Positions 10,802 to 22,700 of a stretch of DNA of 64,000 bases are shown here, piece by piece. Numbering within the stretch: the stretch's first letter is position 1; each line of letters begins with the position of its first letter. The notes under the pieces are model-generated. The model did no database searches. It worked only from the letters and a program-made list of their open reading frames with translations, and was not told the DNA's origin. The DNA is from Fistulifera solaris (lineage: Eukaryota): NCBI GenBank assembly GCA_030295235.1, contig AP026123.1, positions 2,356,001 to 2,420,000 of the forward strand. The letters are read 5' to 3'. A program made the position numbers and the translations under genes.

Positions 10802-13414
10802 TTAGACACCCATCATTCCGATTTTCTTCATACTCTCGTCGACTCTCTTTTGAGTCATCTCAGCAGTAAACTTCTTGTAGTCATTGAAGTCACCTCGGAA
10901 TCTTGTGGCTTTGCCTTCGTGCACAACCCAAAGCTCAGAGCACGTTTTCGAAACAAAATACTGATCGTGGCTGACCACTAGTACCCCTCCTTTGAAATCC
11001 TGGACCGCTTCGACCAGTGCGTCGACTGCTCCCATATCAAGATGATTTGATCCTTCATCTATCACTAACACATGTGGTTTCTTGTACGCCAACGCTGCGA
11101 ATGCCACCCGACTTTTTTTGCCCTCCGCTTAACAGCATCATCGGTTTGAGTGCATCGTTTCCTTGTATTTGGAACTTTCCCAAGAAACTACGCATTTCTT
11201 GGTCTTCGGCATCAAACATATCCATTAGATTCTCAACTGCGGACAGCTTGAGATTGAAATTATCAGAGCTGTGTTGAGTGAAATGACCAATCCGTAAACT
11301 TGGATTAATAGAAACAGAACCTTTGACGGGCTTTAACTTGCCCATAATAAGGTTAAGCAAAGTAGTCTTTCCCTGACCGTTCGCACCCAAAATGACAATT
11401 CGAGAATCGGCAGCGACACCGAAATTCACTTGCTGCAGTAAGAACTCGTTTTCAGGTTTTTTACTTCCATCGTCTCTCACAGGATTGTAGTCGAAAGAAA
11501 CATCGTTGATTGCAATCCACGGAGGACTGATGTGCACAGCATTGGGAATGGAGAACCTCCAGACCTGATCAGTCTCGACTAGCTCAGGAGCTTCCGCGTC
11601 CATCTTCTCAACCGCTTTGATTCGACTTTTGTACCATAGTGGCTCGTTTCGCGTTAGCTCGAAACTTATCAATAAACTCCATCATGTGCTCTCTTTTTGA
11701 CTGGTAGGCTTGGTACGCTCGCATTTTGTTGCGTGTATTCTCATCTCTCTGTTTCACATAATCATCGAAGCCGCCACGATAGTAAGTCAATTTCTTGTGC
11801 TTCAACTCCATAATATCAGTGCACACCGAATTCAAGAATCCACGATCTAAAAACGTTGGAGAAAGGAATTGCGTTTTAGCAGATCATCTCACTCTTTTGT
11901 GCTGTAAGAATGACGAGAAGACGTACCGTGCGACACGACAATGAGAGTATGTTTGTATTCCACCAAGTAACTTTCCAACCACAACACTGCTTCCAAATCA
12001 AGGTGGTCTGTTGCAAGTGGCAGGGAGAAGAAAGAGTTAAGGATGACATTTTTGGATAGGCCGGTGGCCACAATGGTCACGATCAGCATACTCACTTGTT
12101 GGTTCGTCGAGCATCAAGAGATCAGGAGCAATAAAGAGGGCTGCTGCCAATGCCACCCTCATTTTCCAGCCACCCGACAATGAAGAAATGGGAGCCGTTT
12201 GCATCTGATGTGTGAATTGCAAACCAGATAAAATCATCGATGCTCTTGCCTCTGCCGAATCCGAACTCAGCACTTGCAGCCTAGCGTATATTTGATCCAG
12301 CTTTTTCAAATCTCCGGAAAGTTCTTTCATCTCAGTACTTTGCTCTGTGAGCTTCTTTCTACGATCTTGTAGTGATAGTCCTCCCTCGTCACCAGCCTGT
12401 TCCAGTTTAGCCAGTAATTCTTTTTCTTGTTGCATTAGTTCGTTTCGTTCAATATCGCTGTCCAACACAGCACGAATCACCGTCAAATCGGTAGCCAAAT
12501 GTGATGGGACTTCCTGTCGTACATGCAATACACGCAAATGCTTGGGAAAGCCTTCCACGCCGTCTTCCCGCGCAATCGCTCTCAATAATGTAGACTGTAC
12601 GAAGCAAAGGGAACACAAAAAGGTGTAAGAATTTACAAATCAAAGCACGATGACTGCTCGCCAGCCAACAGCGACAGGCCAACCTACCTTTCCCACGCCA
12701 TTTTCCCCAATCAAACCGTAACGTCGTTGATACGAGAATTTGAGTTCACCAGCATCCAACAGAACGGTTCCATTGTCGAGAGATATTGTGACATTCCGAA
12801 CTTGCACATCCCGTGCCTTGTCCGTCGCGGCATTTCCCGACACTTTGCGGTAATTCATACGCACCAATCCACCGGAGGCTCCATCCACGTCTTCATCCTT
12901 ATTGCTCGACAAGAGTTTTTCGAGCCTGTTCGGCTTCCGCCTTGCGCACTTTGCGCTTGTCTTTGGCCGAAGCCTTGTCTTTGTGCGCATCAATGAGATC
13001 ATTCGCCATGGCTTTCACACTGCCTTCGGTTCCCCACAAGAACCTGTTAGCGTCATTCTCGTGTTCCGCAGCGTTCGTCAAATCGGAGGACATGGAAACA
13101 ATGCCTTGTTTTAGTTTTTGGGCTGCCGGTTTCGTCGAGGACATGGACGCGTTAGACAAGTGCTTCGAAAGTAGATCTTTTACTAGCGACTGAGCTTTGG
13201 TTTGCAGATCATCCGGACATTGCACAGATTCGAGAAATGGATTTAGTACTTCTTCAAGTACTTCTACTACATCGAGATCTTCATCTTCAGCGACTTTGCT
13301 CGAGAGCATTCCGGAGATATAAGCGACGAGATCTTCATCCAGTCCTTCTACTTGTTCGTCTCCTTCCAAAAACAGTGCCGAGAAGGCTTGTGAAAGTTCT
13401 TCCTCGACGTGCAT
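10802..13414 (-). CDS. ABCF3: ABC-F family ATPase (ABCF3/GCN20-like); introns 12595..12687, 12008..12095, 11847..11926; several 1-nt frameshifts
   Basis: Two ABC cassettes (GENGVGK|ST, LSGGWKMRVALA, DEPT|NHLD; GANGQGKTTL, LSGGQK, DEGSNHLD). Linker FIDKFRANAKRA. No transmembrane domain. Splice junctions restore GKST, NHL and HDRGFL. Confidence 0.9.
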
Positions 13415-13624
13415 TATACTTTTGTATCTTACTGTTTTTGTTACGCGTTTGTTAGTTCGCCAATCAAAATGAAGGGAATGTCAAAAATGCATCCATGCAT
13501 GTCGAAACTCGAAACAGCCGAGAACGGTGCGCGACAGACAGACGCCTGACATGCAGAAAAAGACAGATACGTAGGGTCAAGGATGGAACTTTCTGAGTCA
13601 CGAATAGATATCACGTAGTCTTTA

Positions 13625-13815
13625 GGCTATTTCTAACCGGAAGTTTCGTATTCGTATTTTCGCAATTCGCGTTCGTATCCAAGGTTTTACGGAGAAAATG
13701 ACAGACGATACCTTCTCCATTTTTCATTTCCCTCCCGTTTGGGCAAATTGGGAAAGTGTCGGACCGCGCGAAATACGAAAATACGAAATACGAAACTTCC
13801 GGTTAGAAGTGGCCC
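13625..13815. mobile_element. Small MITE-like inverted-repeat element (about 190 bp)
   Basis: TTCTAACCGGAAGTTTCGTA(T)TTCGTATTTTCG at 13631-13671 is inverted at 13767-13808. Ends are GGCTAT.../...GTGGCCC, flanked by TTA and TGA. Confidence 0.7.
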
Positions 13816-15181
13816 TGAGTAAGTCGCGTCGCAAGTCGCGAGGGGTGGGCGAGGAGCGAGGAGGAGGAGGGAGGGTCGTCGTAAAAGTCGCAACCTCATC
13901 TCTAGTAACCAGAAATGCTGTTTGCAAAAAGCCACTTCCTCATTTACCAGGATCTATATTTAGAATACTAGAGTAGTTTATAATATTTTTGCTTTCTTTT
14001 CTTTGGAGAAAGCGGCTGAACACTGGCTCAAATACAGAAATAATAGTGAACTTCGTAGAATGCTCCATTCAGGAAGCTCATGATAAATGCGAAAAAATGC
14101 CATCGTTGACAAGCTCATACATCTAGACTTTTTACAGTGCACCTTGTGTTGGAAGCCTGTCAGCTAATGTCATTGTCTTCGCCAACAATAATTTAAAAAA
14201 CTGCTTTCAATGGCACTGCAGTCTGGTGGAACCGGAGGCCGCATGTGGGGACCGGGAATTTGATGAGGGGTTGTGAGTTGTCAATGGAGTAACTAACTTG
14301 ACGGCTACCGGTAGCTTAGGCTCCAAATGCCAAATATAGGGAAAAAACTAATTCCAGTCCCTCAGAATCTAGAGACTGGAGTCGATGATATGGTCATGAA
14401 TGTGCTACGTGCTATGTGCTTTGCCATGTGTGACTCCGACTGTGATTGAAAAACCGATGTTATGACAGTACTTTTTGATGGACTATGAAGTGCGGTACCT
14501 CGTAAGACCTCTTGTAGAAAACAGAACCTAGTCACGGATCACTGGTTGAACCTTGTATGACGCAATCTGTACCGGACATCAGAATTAGAACACGAGGTCA
14601 GGATCTTCCGAGCACGCGTCGGAATATATAAGTATGAAGAATGACGTTTGTTTGCGTTTTTAGTTTCTACGGTCTCGTAATGTCCGCTGTCCCGAGCTAG
14701 TGGCTAGTTGCTAGTTGCTAGTTCAACTATGTCTGCTGACTTGTTGACATGTTACTTGTTGACATGTTGATCTTACTTATCTACAACAATCGCGATAACT
14801 TTGTTAAAGTCCTTTGTTGGGACTTATGAAAGTTTGTTCTTGGGTGCTGCTCGCTAGCTCTCACAATTCCTAATTCCTAATAGTCAACAGTGCATGACGA
14901 ATGATGACTACGACGAGCATCATTTTTTGCAGCAGGTAGCAGGTCCGCTCAAGCGCTCGAGTCTCGAGTCTAGAGTGCTCCCTTGATTTATGTGAGGGAA
15001 TCTACTTATTTCCCAATCGGCAATTGTTCGCTTTTCTACAGAAACTATCCAAAATCAGCACTCACTGATCGATTCCGCCACGAATGAATGAAGACCAAAA
15101 CAAGACACCAAATAATCGATTGGCAGATCGCCTCCCCGAGTCTACGAGCGGCAGCAACAACACGCTCACAACTCAAACAAA

Positions 15182-16392
15182 ATGATCGCTTCACACAAAG
15201 TACAAACCACCGACGGTGCTCAATGGTTTCCATTGACCAAGATGGAGGATGCCATTTACGGCAATCATCGTCCTGCTGGATTGGAGTCTCGTTTCGAGAC
15301 AACTCAGCTCAGTGCTACACTGCAATACTTGCAGCACCGCGCGGCTGAAATTAGCAAGGCCAATCCGTGGGTTCATGGAAGACTCCGTCGTCAACCCAGG
15401 AATCAAAAGCTCGCTGTTTGGGTTCCCGACGTAGCAGAAGTCTTTCTCAAAGTAATTCAAGTCGACAGCTTGGACGATACTACCCGCATTGCGTCGGAGG
15501 CCAATTGCGGCACTGGGAAAACAATGCTTGGAACATCAATGGCCGATTTTGAAACTACGCGTCTTCCTTTCTCACCGCGTTCCGTCTCAATTGCTATTGA
15601 CCTTGTCTGTTTGTCATCAAGTGAGTGACGCTACGGCCATGTACGCGCTCTGGGGGATGCTGGACCCCCGTGCGACCGTGGAAGCCCTCGACATGCAGCG
15701 TCAATCGCGTGACTTTTGGTTGACCAGTGCCAGTGGATTGCCCTCCCAGGCCAAATTCGTGTACAGTCTCTTGTGCACCGAATCCAGTCCACTCCGCAAA
15801 AAAACGCAAGATTGATCAGCGCAAACTCACACCTCTCTTCCACATGATTCGGCGTGATTGGATCCAAGAACAAAAACTGGCTCATAAAAAGACCAAGGAC
15901 GCTCCATTTGTTTCGACACAAGATGTGTTCACGTCGTGGTATATGAGAACGTTTCAACCAGCGTGTGGATCGCTGGTGGTCAATCTTCGTCATCGCCACA
16001 ACAAGGACTTGACGAACAAACACGTCGGAAATTATCTCGACTTGCTGGTGATGAACCCGGCCGATTATGCGAGTCCGAGCCAAATTCGCAAAATTGTGGC
16101 CTCCTCGGGAGCCGCCTCGAAATGGAACATGCCCGGTCGCGGATCGTTGCAGGGCACCGTCTCTTGTTGGCATACCTTGTATAAGGATGTACAACTTCCA
16201 CACAGTGAACGCTTGACCCATCTACCGTTGCGCGGTGGTATGTTTTGTCTTTCGTCGGCTCCCAACAGTCGCATGGCAGTGACTCTGTTCCGTACGTCTG
16301 CGACAGATGTGGCGATAATGGGATTTGCTCCGCAGATGAAAGACATTGATATTAATGACATGGAGCCCCTGGGCCAGGAATTGGTGAGATGA
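15182..16392 (+). CDS. CoA-dependent acyltransferase (HxxxD, BAHD/CAT-like fold), two apparent frameshifts
   Basis: EISKANPWVHGRL, LSVCHQVSDATAMY (HxxxD), FVSTQDVFTSW, VNLRHR and VGNY motifs lie across three overlapping ORFs. Confidence 0.7.
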
Positions 16393-16500
16393 GACAAGTG
16401 TATCTCATTGATCCGTTCAAAAATCTTGTATCCCTGTAGAAAGCTATTTCCGCATATAAACTAAGCTTTCTTTACATCACACGTAGATTGTTAATTGTCC

Positions 16501-16830
16501 TTAGCGTTGTGTTTCATGCTTTTCATTATTTGCTCTCTCGTGGATATTCGAGTTCGAAGTCTCTTCTTCCATCGACGCGGCATCCTTCCAAAGACGTGCT
16601 ATTTCGTGCACCACTTGTGCCTGGTCGTTCAATTGCTCCATTTGAGCATTGGCTTGTGTTATTTGTTCGAGGACTTGTGTGAGTTGCACCGACAAGCTGG
16701 CAAAAGGAAATTTAGTAAAAGACAAAATGAAGGAAGGACAACCAAGTACTGTTCGGATTCACCTTTCCAAAAGAACCGCGCGCTCCTTTTCAAAAGCTTC
16801 AGTTAATGTGTCGGTGCTGTTATCGGTCAT
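16501..16830 (-). CDS. DAD1: DASH/Dam1 complex subunit Dad1-like (intron 16697..16762)
   Basis: Spliced product MTDNSTDTLTEAFEKERAVLLESLSVQLTQVLEQITQANAQMEQLNDQAQVVHEIARLWK... fits the Dad1 pattern F-E-x-E-R-x-x-L-L...V-L-x-x-I-x-x-x-N-x-x-hydrophobic-E...L-W. GTGAAT...GCCAG intron. Confidence 0.65.
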
Positions 16831-17055
16831 TGTTGTAGGGATTGCGAAACACAAATATTCGTAATCTTTCATCATCTGGTGACGAATGTTATTGTTATAG
16901 TCGAGTTGCGGTGCAACGAAAGCTAAATAAATAGTTGCCTGTTATAACAGTTATAACCCGGACGTAGTTAATTCTCGAAGCCGACATACGGACAGACTCT
17001 GTGTCCTGATCTACTACTCGGAATAATACGGAGTAATGTTTATTGTGTTCGCTGA

Positions 17056-18045
17056 GGCATTGGCCATTGGTGACGTACGCTCGGACAGACGAATTTTTCA
17101 GCCTCGGCCATTGGTAAACGCTCAAAAAAAGCAAAAAAGACGAAAAAATAAAAAAACTAGTGATTCAAGCGTACGAGTCGTATGAACTTAAGGCACTTCA
17201 ATGAAGGTGAATAACTGCATCAAAACGCGTCTTCTGATAATAAAAACTCGCCTACAGCTTTATTCTAAATCCCAATAAACGATGTGAGGAAAATCGCATC
17301 GAAAAAAGGCATATTAGGTGAGTATTTTGTCGCCAAAGTATCAGAGGGCGATCAAAGACAACAGCAGGACCTTCTGTTAGCGTGAAACGAAAGATAAAAC
17401 CGAGTTGCGTGCGTTCCCTCACTCTCTTTTGCAGAATATAACTTTATTGGAGTGATAGTGAGAAGAACTGGTCGCGAGAGAATGGTTTTTATAAATATTC
17501 AAGCCTTCAACAACTGATCGACGACAGTGCTTTGGAGGGGCCCTTTCTACCCGCTTCATACGAAACTAAGGTGATATCTGACCTTTTCGAGTATTGATAT
17601 CGCTTCCAAATAATGATAGACGTCATAGAGCTCGGAAATCATGTCGATTGTATGAGTTTTTAAAGAAGTTATAGCACGAAAAGACATCCTCTCGAGCTGT
17701 TTTAGTGCTAGCAAACTTTAACGCCTTGCGGTAAACGATCTACTCACTTTTGAGCAAAATAAAAGGTATCATGAGGTCCGCTATATAATTCTTTATAAAA
17801 TACAATGAAGAAGTGTGCCGATCGGATGAAATTTGATTAAGTTATTGCATAACAAGTGCCATCTTTCTTTTTTTGTTGCAACTTGATTTTTCAACTTGAT
17901 TTTTTTTCGTCGCTCCCACTCAACATTTTTGAGCGGGAGGTCCCAACTCAAAAAAATGAACTTTGCTGACGTGGATGACCAGAATCAACTTTTTTAGCTT
18001 CCTTTTTCACTAAAATTTTTTTTTCGGTCACCAATGGCCAATGCC
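17056..18045. mobile_element. Non-autonomous PIF/Harbinger-like DNA transposon (990 bp)
   Basis: Perfect 19-bp TIRs GGCATTGGCCATTGGTGAC (17056-17074) and GTCACCAATGGCCAATGCC (18027-18045). Identical 3-bp TGA flanks at 17053-17055 and 18046-18048. AT-rich interior with no transposase ORF. Confidence 0.85.
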
Positions 18046-18183
18046 TGACAATGATCTGAGAAATGAATAATTTGCTATGCAACTTTAGAGGAAGGCGACC
18101 GTTCCCTAATTTGAGTGGGCAACAGTGATACCTGATAAGCATAAAATAAACTGAGCTAATCCGTTCGCGAACATCATATTCTA

Positions 18184-19323
18184 TCATTGCAGATTCTCTA
18201 AACGAATCACTTTATCTCGAAGCGTCTGAGGCCACCCTAGTTGCTCTTCCAGAAAACTCTCCTTACGGAATCTCGAACATGTCATGTCCATCGCGGGAAT
18301 GCTATCATCTATGCTGTACAAAAGACCTTTTGTAGTAGCGGGAGCCGTCTCTGCATCCTCTCTTTGCAGGCGAGCTACCGCATCCGCCTGCATTTGATCT
18401 AATCGAAGACAAGCATCACCCATAAATTGCTCCGCTTCGACTCGATTCCCATCTTCCCACAACAGAGACGCCAAGGCCATGCGTCCTTCCCCTTCTTTGG
18501 CGATCACGCGCTGCAATAACGCGACGTCGCGGGCTTCCACACCGGTTGTTTTGGGGATGATGTCCTTGAGAACTTGTTCCGCTTTTTCGTTTTGCTTCGA
18601 CGCCGCCAGATCGATTCCGTAATCGATTTGCGATATCACAAAGCGCGGCCGGTCACCAATCTGCTCAAATGCATCTGCTGATAGAGCATGAACGGTCGCG
18701 GCCCCGGTCCAGTCTCCTTTCATTCGTAAACTGGTGCCCCATTCCCATGCAGCGTAAGGATTCTTTATAATACCGTCTTGTACAAGTTCAGCATCAGTGG
18801 CGTCGGATCGTTCCGTGCTGGACAGTTTGAGCGCTCGTTCATAGTCGGTAGCCGCCAAATCACCTTTCTTTAGACTTTTGAAAGCGCGCGCTCGTCCCAA
18901 CAACGATCGCGGCAATTCGATCGGATCCGCTTGTTCGTTTCCTTCTAATAATTGAATGGCTTGTGTATAATCCGACACAGCTTTCTCGGCCTCCGTCCGC
19001 TGTGTATAACAATCCCCCCGCACACGATACAGACCGGCCAACTCATCGGCCGGTTGTCCTTGCCATCGTTGAATGGCTTGAGTCAACAATTGTTCCGATA
19101 GTTCTAAATTTTGGGTATTGTAGAATGCGGCAAAGGCTTGTTTTAAGACATCAATATCATCCGCGGATGGTGCAGCAGTATTGTCAGTGAGCCATGTGAA
19201 TATACCTTGTTGGAGAGGAGAGAAGTTTGAAGTGGATTGTTGTGTGGAGGAAATGGAGAAGTCATGATGCTGTTGCATCGGCGGAGTCACCAATGTGGCG
19301 ACCCAATAGGAGAGGAATTTCAT
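18184..19323 (-). CDS. TPR-repeat protein
   Basis: AGLYRVRGDCY...AVSDYTQAIQL and LLGRARAFKSL...AATDYERALKL match the TPR consensus. Confidence 0.75.
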   Translation of the reverse strand: MKFLSYWVATLVTPPMQQHHDFSISSTQQSTSNFSPLQQGIFTWLTDNTAAPSADDIDVLKQAFAAFYNTQNLELSEQLLTQAIQRWQGQPADELAGLYRVRGDCYTQRTEAEKAVSDYTQAIQLLEGNEQADPIELPRSLLGRARAFKSLKKGDLAATDYERALKLSSTERSDATDAELVQDGIIKNPYAAWEWGTSLRMKGDWTGAATVHALSADAFEQIGDRPRFVISQIDYGIDLAASKQNEKAEQVLKDIIPKTTGVEARDVALLQRVIAKEGEGRMALASLLWEDGNRVEAEQFMGDACLRLDQMQADAVARLQREDAETAPATTKGLLYSIDDSIPAMDMTCSRFRKESFLEEQLGWPQTLRDKVIRLENLQ

Positions 19324-19777
19324 TCGAATTCCGACAAGTAAAAGTCGGGTAGTCGCTGGTCAAGTTGCAAGACTTCTAGTTGAAATCAATTGAAGTTCAA
19401 TGGGTAGGAAAATGAATAATACGAAGTACTCAAGAGTACCAAGTATCACCATGGTCGGTCGTTCGCGCACTGCTTCTCGAAAAAAACGCAGTGAATGCCG
19501 AATGACGTATGAAAAAATGAGCTTCTTGGTCCGGTACTCACAATGATTACTTCTCAAACCCGTGTCGTGACACTTTTACAAACCTTTATTACATATAAAC
19601 CGTGATACGTTAGACTACATTTAGCCCATTGTGGTCGGCTTGCGCTCGGCGCCCCTCGACCTTGTCTTACACACAAATAATTTTCGCGCACCTCTTTTTG
19701 TTGACTTACTATTTGACGATCTTTCTTTTCAAAGACGAATCATTTTTACAGAATTCACATTATTTATCGTTTGAGCA

Positions 19778-22700
19778 ATGAGTTACGACAGCTCTCGATT
19801 CCCTCGGAACAAGCCGGTAGTACAAACTGCTTGCGAAGGCATTCAGCAACTCATCGAACAATTGACGTTGAAGGATAATCCTCCAATTAATTGGAAAGAT
19901 CAGAGTGCTCTCTCCGAAAAGAAGGCTTTCTCGAATATAAATCAGGATGCTACAAAAGAGAAGTCTGACACGCAGAGCGACAACTTGGGTCATTTGTCGT
20001 TGATAGCTCTGTCGAAATGGACACTGCAAACCGCGGGCTATCCATTGCCTCAAGAAACGTCGGAGAACACGGAACCATACGCCCAATCATTCAAGAACCA
20101 GCTGAAAGCTTCTTCACCGAGCAACAGACACATTTGGCGGAAAGCAGTTTGTCGCCTGCCAAAAGATTCGAAAAGCGATCCTTTTGTTGCGAAAGCATGG
20201 AAGCACCAATTCGGGTCCGAGTATGCCAAACACTTGTACGAAGCGTCTCATTGTCCATCAGAGTCGGAGCCCACGAGGTTGCAATTCGTCCGTTTACGAA
20301 AGAAGCGGAACAACAGTAGAGAAACATGCATCCGAACGATCGAAGACGCTGACTTAGCGATTCAAACCGGGGCATTGGTAGACATTTGTGTCACTGCGGA
20401 TAATGCTCCTTCGCCCACTGGCTTTTTCCGAGTTTCGCAAAGTGCATCGGGGAGACCCTTCGGTCACAACAACATGTATCTGAACATTAAAAAGGAACCG
20501 AATTGGGACCGAGCCGCCCAACGACCGTGTATCACGGCGTTGTGTTTGATTTTTCCCGATCGGAAAGAGGTGGTTCCTCGGGGCTTTCAATTGGTGAGGC
20601 ACGCCAATTCGAAAACACCAGCTGATTTCGGAATGGATGGCGAAAGAATCTTTTGGTGCTTTCGTCTTTCGCGGGAAGGTAACCCGCTCACGGATATTGT
20701 TCCTCTGATACCTCGTTGGGGCGAAGCAGTTCCTTCCGGATATACGGTTGTAGAAAAAAGTCCGCAGAGTCATACTGCCTCGTTTTCGACTGTGATTTCG
20801 GATGTCACTAGGGCAGGTCTGTCGCAAAGAGAAGCGCGCAAGAACATTAAGATAGCAGTCTTCTTGGCCTATCGGCAAAGATTAACCAGCTTGGAATGTT
20901 TACGGCCACACCCATTGTTGACGGCAATTCAGCAAAAAAGGAAAGGTCAAAACGAAGCCAATACTCTAGAATCGTATTTTGGCACGGGAGGAACAGTGGT
21001 ATCCAGTTCGGTCGGTCGGTACCATATCCTGGATCGATCGACGCATGAACTTCTTGGAACAATGTCAGTCAAACATCGTCTGAAGCTTATCGATGCCTCG
21101 CGTCAAAAGTGTTCGGAATCGGGGCAAGATCTTGTTGGGGGATTCTATGGTTGCGCATCATTAGTTCCCCACTCTCGATCGGAGGATGCTTCCAGCATGG
21201 GAGGGAGCACCTTGCTTTCAGCGAAATCGATCGACGGAGGCTCCGCTGCGAATCCAAGTACATCCACTTCTCGTACTACTCAGATTAGGAGAATACTTGC
21301 AGTTGGCGAAACCGTGGAATCGGTCAAGGTGACGGACTTTATCCCGTTTCCTGAAGTAGCGAAAGGGTTGAGCGAGGACCGAGAACAAGCCCTCGTTCGC
21401 TTGCCGATTCGAACTGCTCTTTTGGTACCAATATTGTCTGCTTGTTACACAAGACATGGCGGAGCCGCTCTTCTGGCGGTAGAAATCCTTACCAAGCTGT
21501 TAACAAAAACTTCCATGTTCGACGATGATGTCGATACTTCAGATGACCATGATGGAGAATCGTGCTTGAGGTTGACTCTACTTGATCTCTGCGTACAAGC
21601 TGTTTGCGATGTTGCTACAAGTGGTGCTGAAGAAACGGCATTCAGTGCGTGTGTGCAGTTTGCTGAGCTCGCTATTCAATTCTCACAAGGGCAGCTGAGT
21701 ACAAGGACGATAGGCTTGGTTTATCGGATGTATTTTTTCGTGTTTTCGTTTGGAAATGGGTCAAACTGGTTTTCGCAAACATCAAAGACAGTGTCTGGGA
21801 GCAATGAGTGCAAAACTGAAGACTTTGACGTTCCTTTGCTACTCGACTGTAGAGGAAATTCCGGTCGACAATCATCAATTTTGCCAGGAGGAGCGCCACA
21901 AGTGGCTGCGTTGGCTCTTAAAAATCTTGTATATTTTTGTGTAAGAAAATTAGGAAAAAATCATCTGCCGGATTTTTGGGTGGGATATGAGATGACAAAT
22001 AAAAATGACGTCAATTTCGACATAGCGAGAAAGCGTTCAAGCACTTCGGTTGATGATGAAGTCGATTGTGCAATCCTCACGGAACTAGCGCTTCACCAGG
22101 TGCAGCGCTCTGGCGGCAGCGAAATGTTTTGGCATGATATGGTCACGACTTGTGGGCGTACTTTGTTTGGCAGGGACGAAGCAAATGTCGGTGACAAAGG
22201 CGCCTTCCCTCTAGTGTTTTCACTTTTGCCAACATCATTAAGACATCTTCTGGGAAGCTGCGAACAAAAACAAGAGGCAGCTCTCCGAGAGACTTGATGT
22301 GCAAGCTACTCTCGCTAGAGCTTCTACTACATTTTCTCGAGTGTTTGAGGGACGAGCAGGAAGCGAGTACCGAAGTTGAGAATGCTCCTGTGCGCGTCAT
22401 TTCATCTCGAGACATGGACGTACTGACATTTTCAGTTCGCCGTATGGTCGCTGCTTGTTTGCTATGGAACACTGAAGCGTCGCATGAAAGTCAATTCGTA
22501 TACAAAAGAGTTCTTCGAATTATATCCGAATTTTGGTGCTCTCCAATCCATCGCAAACGGTGCAAAGTAGAAACTGGGATACTTGTTGAACATTTCGTAG
22601 TAAGATTACTAGAAATGGGTCCCCATTTTCTGGGAGGGAGCGGCGAGCAGAAACACGGTCTCTATTTACAGCTGACTGAGCTGCTGATAGAGTTAAAGAA

